Shown: positions 9,090 to 18,097 of the stretch, piece by piece
Numbering within the stretch: the stretch's first letter is position 1
Layout of the letters: every line of letters starts with the position of its first letter
DNA from: Eubacteriales bacterium
GTDB taxonomy: Bacteria; Bacillota; Clostridia; Oscillospirales; CAG-272
Length of the DNA stretch: 61,217 nt
Reading direction: 5' to 3'
NCBI GenBank assembly: GCA_045537015.1
Contig: JAZSOQ010000114.1
Location: 1-61,217, forward strand
Program-made: the position numbers and the translations under genes
Notes under the pieces: model-generated
What the model was told of the DNA's origin: nothing
What the model saw: the letters and a program-made list of their open reading frames with translations, nothing else
Databases searched by the model: none

Positions 9090-10151
9090 ATGAGAAACAA
9101 GTCCGAACACCCCATTATCACAGTTATCGGCTGCGGTATGATGGGCTCCTCCATCACCTGGCCCGCTGCTTACAACGGATGCAAGATCCGCTATGTAGGC
9201 TCTCCCCTTGGCGGCGAGATCATCGCTCACGCACGTGCAACCGGCGAGCCCCTCACCCTCAAGCGCACCATTCCCGCAGGCACCGAATTCTACACCGTTG
9301 ACGAAATGGACAAGGCTCTCGAAGGAGCTGACCTTTCCATCTGCGGCGTTTCCAGCTTTGGTCTTGACTGGTATCTTGATTACGTAATTCCGCGCCTCCC
9401 CGACGGTGTGCCGGTTCTCTCCATCACCAAGGGTATGCTTCACCTTGGCGAGGGCAAGATGATCTCTTATCCCGAAAAGATGGAAGAAGTCGCTGCAGCT
9501 TGCGGCAAGAACATCGACTTCTGCGCTGTTGGCGGTCCTTGCACCAGCTATGAGCTTGCAGACCTTGACCCTTCTTGCGTAACCTTCTGCGGCCGCAAGA
9601 TCGAGCTTCTCCGTGAGATCCGTGATCTCTTTGAGGCTCCCTACTACCACGTAAGCCTTTCCACCGACGTTCGCGGCGTTGAGTGCGCTGTTGCTCTCAA
9701 GAACGCATACGCTCTCGGCGTATCTCTCGCGATCGGTATGTCCTACAAGCGCGAAGGACGTGAGTTTGAGCATTACAACTCCCAGGCTGCTCTCTTCGGT
9801 CAGGCAGTTCGTGAGATGAGAATCCTTCTTAACCTCTGCGGCGGTCACCCCGACAACATCGAGCTTGGCGCAGGCGACCTTTACGTTACCGTATTCGGCG
9901 GCAGAACCCGTAAGATCGGTACCCTCCTTGGCACCGGCATGAGCTTCAAGGACGCTATGGAAGCACTCAAGGGCGTTACCCTCGAGTCGATCGCTATCGC
10001 AGGCAGAACCGTTGAGGCGGCTAAGACTCTCGAGTCCATGGGCGTTATCAAGGCTGACGACCTTCCCCTTCTCTACCACATCGGCAGACTTCTCGACAAC
10101 GAGACCGGCATCGATGTTCCTTGGAAGAAGTTCGAAAAGGAAGTATATTAA
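9090..10151 (+). CDS. NAD(P)H-dependent glycerol-3-phosphate dehydrogenase-like oxidoreductase
   Basis: 353 aa. N-terminal dinucleotide fold ITVIGCGMMGSS and a C-terminal GpsA-like block VRGVECAVALKNAYALGVSLAIGM. Divergent from canonical GpsA. Confidence 0.6.
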   Translation: MRNKSEHPIITVIGCGMMGSSITWPAAYNGCKIRYVGSPLGGEIIAHARATGEPLTLKRTIPAGTEFYTVDEMDKALEGADLSICGVSSFGLDWYLDYVIPRLPDGVPVLSITKGMLHLGEGKMISYPEKMEEVAAACGKNIDFCAVGGPCTSYELADLDPSCVTFCGRKIELLREIRDLFEAPYYHVSLSTDVRGVECAVALKNAYALGVSLAIGMSYKREGREFEHYNSQAALFGQAVREMRILLNLCGGHPDNIELGAGDLYVTVFGGRTRKIGTLLGTGMSFKDAMEALKGVTLESIAIAGRTVEAAKTLESMGVIKADDLPLLYHIGRLLDNETGIDVPWKKFEKEVY

Positions 10152-10163
10152 TTTATACATAAC

Positions 10164-10200
10164 AATAACCCCGGGGTCATTGAACCTCGGGGTTATTATT
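10164..10200. terminator. bidirectional terminator between the gpsA-like gene and glyA
   Basis: AATAACCCCGGGG ... CCTCGGGGTTATT forms a 13-bp stem with one mismatch, flanked by A/T runs. Confidence 0.75.
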
Positions 10201-10207
10201 TCAGTTA

Positions 10208-11446
10208 TTAACCTACGTAAATGGGGAACTTGGCGCAAAGCTCTGCGACACCTTCTGCGATAGAAGCCTTCTTGTTATCAAAGTCGAATACTGTATCGGC
10301 GATAAAGCCTGCGATCTTGTCCATTTCCTCAAGACCGAAGCCTCGGGTGGTAACCGCAGGAGTGCCTACGCGGAGACCCGAAGTGTATGCGGGCTTCTGG
10401 GGGTCATTGGGGATGGCGTTCTTGTTAGCGGTGATGTGAACCGCGTCAAGATTTACCTCGAGCTCGCGGCCGGTCATACCGGTGTCGCGGAGGTCGAGAA
10501 GCATAAGGTGGTTCTCGGTACCGCCCGAAACGAGCTTGATTCCTCTCTCGTTCAGACCCTTTGCAAGGCGTGCGGCATTTGCAACGACCTGCTTCTGGTA
10601 ATCAACGAACTCGGGACGGAGTGCCTCGCCGAGTGCAACTGCCTTTGCGGCGATGATGTGCATAAGGGGACCGCCCTGGGTGCCCGGGAAGATAGCCTTG
10701 TCGATCACAGTTGCGAACTGCTCACGGCAAAGAATAAGGCCGCCTCTGGGACCGCGAAGGGTCTTGTGAGTGGTTGTGGTAACGATGTCCGCATAGGGAA
10801 CGGGCGAGGGATGAACGCCTGCTGCAACAAGTCCTGCGATATGCGCCATATCGACCATAAGATATGCACCAACCTCATCTGCGATCTCGCGGAACTTTGC
10901 AAAGTCGATAATTCTGGGGTATGCGCTCGCGCCTGCAAGGATCATCTTGGGGCGGCACTCAAGTGCCATACGGCGAACCTCGTCATAATTTATAAGGCCT
11001 GTTTCAGCATCAACACCGTACTGATAAATGGTGAAATACTTACCCGAGATATTGATGGGCAGACCGTGGGAGATATGTCCGCCGTGAGCAAGATTCATGG
11101 AAAGAACCTTATCGCCGGGCTGAAGAAGTGCAAAGAAAGCAGCGAGGTTTGCGTTAGCTCCGCTATGAGGTTGAACATTTGCGTGATCCGCTCCCCAAAG
11201 CTTGCAAGCGCGTTCGCGGGCGATATTCTCTACCTCGTCAACGAACTCACATCCGCCGTAATAATGCTTTCCGGGGTAACCCTCTGCATACTTATTGGTG
11301 AGAACACCGCCTGCGGCAAGAAGAACCGCCTCTGATACGATATTCTCGGACGCGATAAGCTCAATGTTACCGCACTGACGTGCAAATTCTCTGCCGCACG
11401 CCGCGCCAACTTCCGCGTCGAAATCCTTTACTCTTTCAAAAAACAT
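10208..11446 (-). CDS. glyA: serine hydroxymethyltransferase
   Basis: Full-length SHMT. PLP-lysine region [14 protein letters not shown] and the LIASENIVS motif. Start at ATG 11446 with GGAGG 8 nt upstream; the track's upstream ATG overlaps that SD. Confidence 0.95.
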   Translation of the reverse strand: MFFERVKDFDAEVGAACGREFARQCGNIELIASENIVSEAVLLAAGGVLTNKYAEGYPGKHYYGGCEFVDEVENIARERACKLWGADHANVQPHSGANANLAAFFALLQPGDKVLSMNLAHGGHISHGLPINISGKYFTIYQYGVDAETGLINYDEVRRMALECRPKMILAGASAYPRIIDFAKFREIADEVGAYLMVDMAHIAGLVAAGVHPSPVPYADIVTTTTHKTLRGPRGGLILCREQFATVIDKAIFPGTQGGPLMHIIAAKAVALGEALRPEFVDYQKQVVANAARLAKGLNERGIKLVSGGTENHLMLLDLRDTGMTGRELEVNLDAVHITANKNAIPNDPQKPAYTSGLRVGTPAVTTRGFGLEEMDKIAGFIADTVFDFDNKKASIAEGVAELCAKFPIYVG

Positions 11447-11516
11447 ATCTATGTCCTCCAAAATCAAATATGCTTTATTTTATCACATTTTGAACGCTAT
11501 GTCAATAGAAAATTGC

Positions 11517-11558
11517 AAAAAAACAGCCGCTTGCCCCATATAATTTGAGGCAAGCGGC
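11517..11558 (-). terminator. rho-independent terminator after SBP-like copy 2
   Basis: GCCGCTTGCC/GGCAAGCGGC stem followed by a T7 run on the - strand. Confidence 0.8.
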
Positions 11559-11571
11559 AAAAATATGCAAT

Positions 11572-13065
11572 TTAATTTTCGTAGCCCTTCAAAATTTCCT
11601 TAACCTTGTTGTTGATAACTCTTTCACTCTTCTTAAGAGCAGAAAGGAAGGCGGAGGGGTTGCCGGAGAGACATGTATCACTGAAGACCTTAGCAGGGAG
11701 CTTTTCGGTTGCGTAGTAGTAAAGCTGACCAACGTCGAAGGATACGTTGTTCTTGAGGATGTCAAACATTTCTGCAACCTGGGGGTCATCGGTGTATCTG
11801 ACCTTCATAGCTACCTCGAATACCGCGGGAGTTACGCTACGGTGGTTTTCAGATGCCATAGCCTCGAGAGTGGTGGAGGCAGCCTCAAGCTCCTTGGACT
11901 GTGCATTGATAGCATACATAGTGTAGGGGTTACCAAGGTTGGTTTTGAACTCTTCCTGAGTTTCATCGAACTTAGGAACGGGAACTACTCCAACGCTGAA
12001 TTCATAAGGTGTTGGGTCGCCATTATCGACACCGCAAATGTTGAATACACGGTCCATATGGAATACGGACTGCTGTGTACGGAAGGTGGATCTGTCGTCG
12101 TTACAGATGATACCACGGAGCTTCATAGCCTCACCAACGGTCTCACAGATGTCAGCACAACGCTGGCTGTTCCACTTTTCGGAGATACGAAGACTGCCAT
12201 CCTCTGCCTTTTCAAGGGAAGTAATGCCCGCGCCAATCATGAATGCAGTGATATCGGTGGAGTAGATAGAAGCGCCGTAGAAGTCGGTAACGTCCTTCTG
12301 ACCGTTGTTATCGGAGTCAACATAAACATCCTGAACCATAGCAAGGAAGTTCTGGAGGGTCCATTCATCATTCTGGACCATATCCATAGGAGTCTTTTCT
12401 TCGCCGAAATAATCCTTGTAAAGATCCTTGTTATACATAAATGCTACCATGTACCAAAGCATACTGGTTGCGATGTCACCGGTTGCGAAGAAGAGCTTAT
12501 CGTAGATGGTGCACTCTGTGGTAAGAGCCTCGGGCCACCAGGGCTTTTCAACGCTGAAAGCTTCCTGAGCAAGAAGGTTTCCTGCCATGTTTTTGAGAGT
12601 AAGGAGCGGAACGGTACGGCTGTAGCCGGCATAGATATCAAATTCGTTATCTGCTGCCCAGTCATTTTCAGCCTTTGCGATCCAAGCACTATAGTCGCCC
12701 GAATCGCCGGGAGCCTCTACCCACTCAAAGGTAACGCCGAGTCTGGTCTGAACTCTTTCGTTACGGTGATAGATAGCGTCATCGATAAGGTCGCCGGTCT
12801 CATCGGAGTAGAACTCCATCATACGCCAGTCATCCCAGATAAAGAAGGTGATGGTCTGATCGAAGTTATACTTTTCATCAAGATCGTCGGGAGCATAAAG
12901 AGTTTCCTCTTCAGTGATTGCAGCTTCGGTATCCGAAGGAGCGTTTGTGGTTGCGCCGCCGGCAGTTGTTTCTTCGCCGCCTGTGGTGTTAGCGCAGGAA
13001 ACCGCAACGCCGAGTAGTGTGACAAGTGCAAGAAGCATCGCGATTAATCTGACATACTTTTTCAT
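11572..13065 (-). CDS. solute-binding-protein-like lipoprotein (paralog family, copy 2)
   Basis: 497 aa. Lipobox GVAVSC plus a T/E/G-rich tether. Very similar along its whole length to 13779..15275. Has its own TTGACA-17-TACAAT promoter and its own terminator. Confidence 0.55.
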   Translation of the reverse strand: MKKYVRLIAMLLALVTLLGVAVSCANTTGGEETTAGGATTNAPSDTEAAITEEETLYAPDDLDEKYNFDQTITFFIWDDWRMMEFYSDETGDLIDDAIYHRNERVQTRLGVTFEWVEAPGDSGDYSAWIAKAENDWAADNEFDIYAGYSRTVPLLTLKNMAGNLLAQEAFSVEKPWWPEALTTECTIYDKLFFATGDIATSMLWYMVAFMYNKDLYKDYFGEEKTPMDMVQNDEWTLQNFLAMVQDVYVDSDNNGQKDVTDFYGASIYSTDITAFMIGAGITSLEKAEDGSLRISEKWNSQRCADICETVGEAMKLRGIICNDDRSTFRTQQSVFHMDRVFNICGVDNGDPTPYEFSVGVVPVPKFDETQEEFKTNLGNPYTMYAINAQSKELEAASTTLEAMASENHRSVTPAVFEVAMKVRYTDDPQVAEMFDILKNNVSFDVGQLYYYATEKLPAKVFSDTCLSGNPSAFLSALKKSERVINNKVKEILKGYEN

Positions 13066-13138
13066 AGTAAGCCTCCGTTTTGATAATTAAAGATATACGG
13101 CATAATCCTCGAAAAGACACGCCGTAACTGTTAATTAA

Positions 13139-13167
13139 ATTGTATCATATTTATTCACATTTGTCAA
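13139..13167 (-). promoter_or_regulatory. sigma-A type promoter of SBP-like copy 2
   Basis: On the - strand: TTGACA, a 17-nt spacer, then TACAAT. Confidence 0.65.
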
Positions 13168-13228
13168 GCGTTTTGCACAAAAAACTTCCAACGAAAGTTT
13201 TTTTCGTCGGGAGGGATGCTTTTACTGC

Positions 13229-13599
13229 TTATTTTCCATAAGCCTCCATCAAATCCTTGATGCCCTTGTTAATAATTCTTTCACTCATTTTGAGCTGAGA
13301 GAGGAAAGTAGAATAGTTTGCGGCGTTTGCGGTGTTCGGGAAGAGGTTGTATGTTACATCGCCGAAACTGGTGCCGTAAAGCTTGCCAAAGTCGAAGGAA
13401 ACGCCTTCCTTGAGGATGTCGAAGACCTGCGAGGTCTGAGCGTCATCGCTGTATCTGACCTTCATCGCTACCTCGAATACAGCGGGAGTTACGCTGCGGT
13501 AGTTTCTGCTTCTTCAACGGTTTCCGCGCAGGAAACTACTGAAAGAAGAAGGGTGATGAGTGAAAGCATCATTGCAATCACTCTGAAATGCTTTTTAAT
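13229..13599 (-). pseudogene. decayed copy of the SBP-like lipoprotein family (start lost, large internal deletion, frameshift)
   Basis: GGAGG SD, then ATT AAA AAG where the paralogs have ATG AAA AAG. The signal peptide IKKHFRVIAMMLSLITLLLSVVSC and a short tether run into TAA at 13489-13491. In another frame, NYRSVTPAVFEVAMKVRYSDD... continues to 13229 and matches only the C-terminal ~90 residues of the neighbouring paralogs. Confidence 0.85.
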
Positions 13600-13778
13600 A
13601 ATAAAGCCTCCAAAGTATTATTTCAACACAGCAGTTCGTGTAGAAAAATGACATTGCCATTAAAGCCGCTGCTAAGGTGAAGTAATTATATCGCGGTTGT
13701 TCACAAAAGCCAACCTTTTTGTGCAATTATCACCAAAGACAGGCTCGCCTTTGGGGCGAGCCTGCAATCGGTATTATA

Positions 13779-15275
13779 TTATTTACCGTAGAATTCCATA
13801 ATGGTATCGATACCTTTTTCGATAACCCTAAGGTTCTTCTTGATGTTGGAAAGAAGGCCGGATGGGTTACCGGAAAGAGCGGTGGTTCTGAAGAGGTTTG
13901 CGGTTCCGTTCGAGAAGGTAGAAGCGTAAAGACGTCCGATATCGAAGGAGATACCCTCGCGGAGGAGGTCATACATACCCGAGGTCTGGGGATCATCTGT
14001 GTATCTTACCTTCATAGCAACCTCGAATACCGCGGGAGTTACGGTACGGTGGTTTGCGGAGCCGATTGCCTCGAGAGCTGTTACAGCAGCCTCGATAACC
14101 TTGGACTGGGAGTTTACTGCATACATTGTGAAGGGATGGCCTACGTTTGTAAGGAAGATCTCCTGATCGGTAGAGAACTTAGGCTGAGGAACAAGACCGT
14201 AGGAGAACTCTATCTTACCGGTCTCAGAGGTATCCTTACCCGCAACGATAAAGAGGCGGTCGGTGATGAAGAGAGCGCGCTCTTCATAGAAGATATCTCT
14301 GATCTTGGTGCTGTCGTTATAGAAAACACCCTCGGAATCAAGGAACGCGCCTAAAAGCGCACAAGCATCGGCACATCTCTGGCTATTCCAGTCTTCGGAG
14401 ATACGAAGACCTTTTTCGGGATCCTTTTCGATAGAGATGATTCCGGCACCTGTCTGGAAAGCATCGGCGTTGGTCTGGTAAAGAACAAAGCCGTAAGTGT
14501 CAGCATCGTCCTTCTTGCCGTTACCGTCATCAAGATAGATATCCTGAGCAATCGAGAAGAACTTTTCCATAGTCCACTCGTTATCATCAACCATATCCAT
14601 AGGGGACTTTTCGCCACCATAATACTGATCGTAGAGGTCCTTGTTATAGAAGGTACCGATCATCATCCAAAGAAGGTTGGTAGAGATGTCACCGGAGCAG
14701 AAATAGAGCTTATCGTTGATGGTGCACTCTGTGGTAAGAGCTGCGGGCCACCAGGGCTTTTCAACGCTGAATGCCTCATAGTCGAGAAGATTTACGGTCA
14801 TACCCTTGAGCGCCATAAGGGGCGCAGAACGGCTGTAGCCTGCATAAATATCATAGGCATTATCAGACTGCCAATCGTTTTCTGCCTTCTGGATCCACTG
14901 GGTATAATTACTCGATGCGCCCTTCTCTTCTACGTACTCGAACTCAACGCCGAGTCTTGTTTCAACAGAGACGTTACGGTTGAAGATTGCATCGTCGATG
15001 ACGTCACCGGTCTCTTCTGCGTAGAACTCCATCATGGTGTAGTCGCTCCACATGAAGATGGTAACGGTTTCGTTAAAATCATACTTTTCCTTAAGATCGT
15101 CGGGAGCGTAAAGAGTTTCCTCGACGGTTGTTTCTGCAACGGGAGCCTGTGTTTCTGCAGCACCTGCATCCGCTGTTGTTTCTTCTCCACCCTGGGTATT
15201 TGCACAAGCCGCAAACAGCCCCGACATGGTGAGCAGCGCCATTACAAGCGCAATAATTCTGATAAATCTTTTCAT
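13779..15275 (-). CDS. solute-binding-protein-like lipoprotein (paralog family, copy 3)
   Basis: Lipobox GLFAAC plus a T/E-rich tether, paralogous to 11572..13065. Start at ATG 15275 (GAGG 8 nt upstream). Lies 33 nt downstream of the GLUG-protein stop, with no intervening terminator. Confidence 0.55.
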   Translation of the reverse strand: MKRFIRIIALVMALLTMSGLFAACANTQGGEETTADAGAAETQAPVAETTVEETLYAPDDLKEKYDFNETVTIFMWSDYTMMEFYAEETGDVIDDAIFNRNVSVETRLGVEFEYVEEKGASSNYTQWIQKAENDWQSDNAYDIYAGYSRSAPLMALKGMTVNLLDYEAFSVEKPWWPAALTTECTINDKLYFCSGDISTNLLWMMIGTFYNKDLYDQYYGGEKSPMDMVDDNEWTMEKFFSIAQDIYLDDGNGKKDDADTYGFVLYQTNADAFQTGAGIISIEKDPEKGLRISEDWNSQRCADACALLGAFLDSEGVFYNDSTKIRDIFYEERALFITDRLFIVAGKDTSETGKIEFSYGLVPQPKFSTDQEIFLTNVGHPFTMYAVNSQSKVIEAAVTALEAIGSANHRTVTPAVFEVAMKVRYTDDPQTSGMYDLLREGISFDIGRLYASTFSNGTANLFRTTALSGNPSGLLSNIKKNLRVIEKGIDTIMEFYGK

Positions 15276-15308
15276 AATCATTACCTCAATATGTAAAAGA
15301 GAATTTGA

Positions 15309-16868
15309 TTAATCTCTCTTCTTGAAAACAAGAGCAGTACCGAGGAGCGCTGCAACCACAACGCCGCCTGCGATCATACCGCCGCATCCGCCCTCAGACT
15401 TGGGAGCTTCGGTCTCGGGTGCCTTGGTTGTGGGGGCCTGGGTCTCGGGTGCTGCGGTCTCGGGTGCCTGGGTCTCGGGTGCCTGGGTTTCAGGAGCCTG
15501 AGTTTCGGGCGCCTGAGTCTCGGGAGCTACGGTGGTCTCCTCTGCGGTGGTTTCTTCTGCGTTCTCTACGTAGTAGTCAATGTAAGCGGGCACATTTGCA
15601 AGAAGAGCCTCAACATCAATAACGGGATGGCCCGCAACAACGTCATCGACCCAAACCTTGGTGGAGTTACCCTTATTGAGCTTCTCTGCGGTGAGCTCGG
15701 AAACTGCAGTGATCTCCATAAAGGGCCACTCTGCAAAGTATGCGTCTGTACCGAAGGATGCAAGACCCGATACGGGAACGTAGTATACGTCGTTGAAGTA
15801 GATGGAATCCGCAACAAGGCCCATAAGAACACCGTTGTTAAGGGAGCAGGTGTTGTTGATGGTAACGTCGGAAACAAAGTTATTGAAGATGTTATACTCG
15901 GTGTTGGGGTCGCCGAAAGCAACTGCAACGTGAGCAGCCTTACCGATAAGTCCGCCGAGAGAGGTCTTTTCGGGATGGCAACCGTCACGAGAGGTGAAGT
16001 TTACGCCGATAACGAAGCAGTTGGTAACGTCCGAGCTCTGGGAATCTGCGCCAAGAACGCCGACGATACCGCCAACGGGAGCAAAAGTTGTGCCGTAAAC
16101 ATCTGCGGTGATATTCTTTGCGGAACAGCCGGAGATAGTGGTTGCGCCCGCACCTCCGACGATACCGCCAAGGAAGTGGTTACCGTTGTCGGGGGAAGCA
16201 AAATCATCTGTGCTGATAGAACCGAGTGTAATGTTGGTCGCAGAGCATCCGAGGATCTGAAGCTGATCCTTGGAGCACTTTTTCTGGCTGGTACGACCGA
16301 CAACGCCGCCGATCTGAACGCCTCTGATATTTACGTTGGTAACGTGGCAGTTTACAATCATAGAGCTGCCGCCTTCTGCGGTGCAGTTAAGAACGCCCGC
16401 GATCGCTCCGCCGTACTTAGCGCTGATGATATCAACACCGTCTACGTTAAGGTTCTTAACGCTGCCGTCAAAGATACGTCCGAAAACGCCGCCGTAAAGC
16501 GCGTTGGCATCATCGATGGTCTTGACTTTGAGGTTCGAGATGGTGTGTCCGTCGCCGTCAAAGTGACCCGAGAAGTAGTTCGCCTTGATCTGACCGATAG
16601 GAGCCCAGGGCTGATTGCCGAGGTCAAGGTCTACGGTGAGCTTTAAATACTCGCCCGCATAGGTGGTAACAGCGTCATTGACCTGTTTTGCTACGAAAGC
16701 GAGATCATTTTCACTCGAAATGAGATAGGGATCAAACTCCGAGCCCGAGCCGATAAGACCTGCGGAAACAGATGAGCCATCCCAGGCAGCTGACGCTGTG
16801 GGAATCATAATGACCGTCATTGCTGCAAGCATAGCAAGAGCAAGAAGGATGGAGGTAAATTTCTTCAT
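15309..16868 (-). CDS. cell-surface protein with GLUG-motif repeats, PETQA linker and C-terminal membrane anchor
   Basis: 519 aa. Signal peptide. Repeated GG(I/V/L)(V/I)G blocks (GGVFGR, GGAIAGV, GGVVGR, GGIVGG, GGIVGV, GGLIGK). (APETQ)n linker. Hydrophobic C-terminus IAGGVVVAALLGTALVFKKRD. Confidence 0.7.
   Translation of the reverse strand: MKKFTSILLALAMLAAMTVIMIPTASAAWDGSSVSAGLIGSGSEFDPYLISSENDLAFVAKQVNDAVTTYAGEYLKLTVDLDLGNQPWAPIGQIKANYFSGHFDGDGHTISNLKVKTIDDANALYGGVFGRIFDGSVKNLNVDGVDIISAKYGGAIAGVLNCTAEGGSSMIVNCHVTNVNIRGVQIGGVVGRTSQKKCSKDQLQILGCSATNITLGSISTDDFASPDNGNHFLGGIVGGAGATTISGCSAKNITADVYGTTFAPVGGIVGVLGADSQSSDVTNCFVIGVNFTSRDGCHPEKTSLGGLIGKAAHVAVAFGDPNTEYNIFNNFVSDVTINNTCSLNNGVLMGLVADSIYFNDVYYVPVSGLASFGTDAYFAEWPFMEITAVSELTAEKLNKGNSTKVWVDDVVAGHPVIDVEALLANVPAYIDYYVENAEETTAEETTVAPETQAPETQAPETQAPETQAPETAAPETQAPTTKAPETEAPKSEGGCGGMIAGGVVVAALLGTALVFKKRD
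15411..15530 (-). repeat. about eight tandem 15-nt units (GGTCTCGGGTGCCTG on the + strand) encoding (APETQ)n
   Basis: Read directly from the sequence. Consecutive 15-nt units begin at 15411, 15426, 15441, 15456, 15471, 15486, 15501 and 15516. The central three are nearly identical. Confidence 0.9.
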
Positions 16869-16936
16869 TGTGAAATACCTTGCCTTTCATTTTTTAATAT
16901 AATATTTTCAGCCGTTTGAGCGTGCGGCAAAAAATC

Positions 16937-17827
16937 TTAAAGATTTACCAGATGCTCAGCGATCTGATAAGCGTATTCGAATGCGGGCTTTTTTAGCTCC
17001 TCGGGGAGTCTTTTGGCGGTTGAGAGCTCATAGATGAAACCGCCCTTGTAGTCAATGTCCTTGAGCGTCTGCATAACCTTTGCCCACGGAATCGTTCCCA
17101 TAAAGGGCATTTGGTGAAGGTCAACGGTGCCGACATTATCGTCGATATGAGTACAAACAAGATCCTTGCCCACGCGGCGGAGGGGTGCGATGCCGTCATT
17201 ATAGATGCGATTTGCGTGACCTGTATCCCAGCATACTCCAACCTTGCGGTCACCGAAGGCATTAAGGATCATCTTCAGCTCGTCGGGAGTTACACCGAAG
17301 CGGCGTCTGCCGTCAACGTCGCACATATTCTCAAAGGCGAATCCGAGACCTCTGTGTGCATATTTTTCATAAAAAGGTCCGTAAACATCGAGATTGTATT
17401 TGGTATTGAATTCAAGATTATATTCGCCCTCAACAGCCTCCTCGAGCGGATGCATTACCGCCCACGGGATTCCAAGTCGGGAAGCGACATCAAGAGAACG
17501 GTCAAGCATTTTAAGGAAAAATTCATTCTTTTCGCATCCGTCCTCTTCCGCAGACTTGCGGCGGCAAAGAGGTTTTGCATATACGGGATGGCACTGAACG
17601 AAGGTGATACCGAGCTTTGCAGCTTCGTTACCTATATTATCAGTAAAACGCTCCCAGTTTTCGTCCTCGCAAAGTTCGAACTTGTTTCTCTGCATCGGGC
17701 ACATATTGAGGTCCATAACCTCAAAGCCGATCTCGCGCAAACGGCGCATAGATTCAACCACGTTCTCTTCCCCGGGTCTGTATGTATAAAACAGATTGGT
17801 CATGGTTCCGGGTCTTAAAATTGCCAT
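16937..17827 (-). CDS. sugar phosphate isomerase/epimerase (xylose-isomerase-like TIM barrel)
   Basis: About 296 aa with TIM-barrel family blocks (VQCHP, FENM, CWDTGHAN, HIDDN). Start at ATG 17827 with a GAGGT SD; the track's upstream extension is hydrophobic and has no SD. Confidence 0.75.
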   Translation of the reverse strand: MAILRPGTMTNLFYTYRPGEENVVESMRRLREIGFEVMDLNMCPMQRNKFELCEDENWERFTDNIGNEAAKLGITFVQCHPVYAKPLCRRKSAEEDGCEKNEFFLKMLDRSLDVASRLGIPWAVMHPLEEAVEGEYNLEFNTKYNLDVYGPFYEKYAHRGLGFAFENMCDVDGRRRFGVTPDELKMILNAFGDRKVGVCWDTGHANRIYNDGIAPLRRVGKDLVCTHIDDNVGTVDLHQMPFMGTIPWAKVMQTLKDIDYKGGFIYELSTAKRLPEELKKPAFEYAYQIAEHLVNL

Positions 17828-18097
17828 AATAATTACCTCTGAATAAACAAACACGACAAACAAAATATTTGTTCGCATATATGAAAATTATACAACAAAT
17901 AGTGATGTTTGTCAACCACTTTACTCAAAATAAGCTTTTTAGCAGTTAAAAATGATATAATGCTTTGTGATTTTTACAAAAAATGTATTATATTATTAAA
18001 ATCATATAATTAATTTATGCCGTAAAACAAACTTGCATTTTTGATAATTATGTGATATAATAGAGCAACAACAAAAACAACTTATTGAGGCAAAAAA

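Noticed and set aside
9012-10238. 408-aa ORF antisense to the gpsA-like gene. It stands for a whole class of long antisense or out-of-frame ORFs in the track: 10436-11335, 11545-13017, 13719-14354, 15627-16646, 17111-17818, 18002-18754, 19000-20262, 23645-24823, 25308-26507, 28732-29574, 32263-33993, 35382-36005, 37122-37817, 49689-51386, 52242-53015, 54135-55562 and 60081-60755.
   Set aside because: Each lies opposite, or out of frame to, an ORF with unmistakable family motifs (GlyA, GroEL, Hom, PhoA, GalK and others). They have no SD or promoter of their own, and their translations are low-complexity (V/G/A/C/L/N/D/S-rich) with no recognisable motif. Stop-poor antisense frames are expected in genes with this codon bias.
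13466-13599. A separate small secreted-peptide gene (signal peptide plus 12 residues).
   Set aside because: It has ATT in place of the paralogs' ATG. It is simply the 5' remnant of the deleted paralog and is treated as part of the pseudogene.
7423-15275. Annotating the SBP-like genes as parts of complete ABC sugar-uptake operons.
   Set aside because: No permease (MalF/G-like) or ATPase gene occurs anywhere in the 61 kb, so only the binding-protein-like component can be supported.
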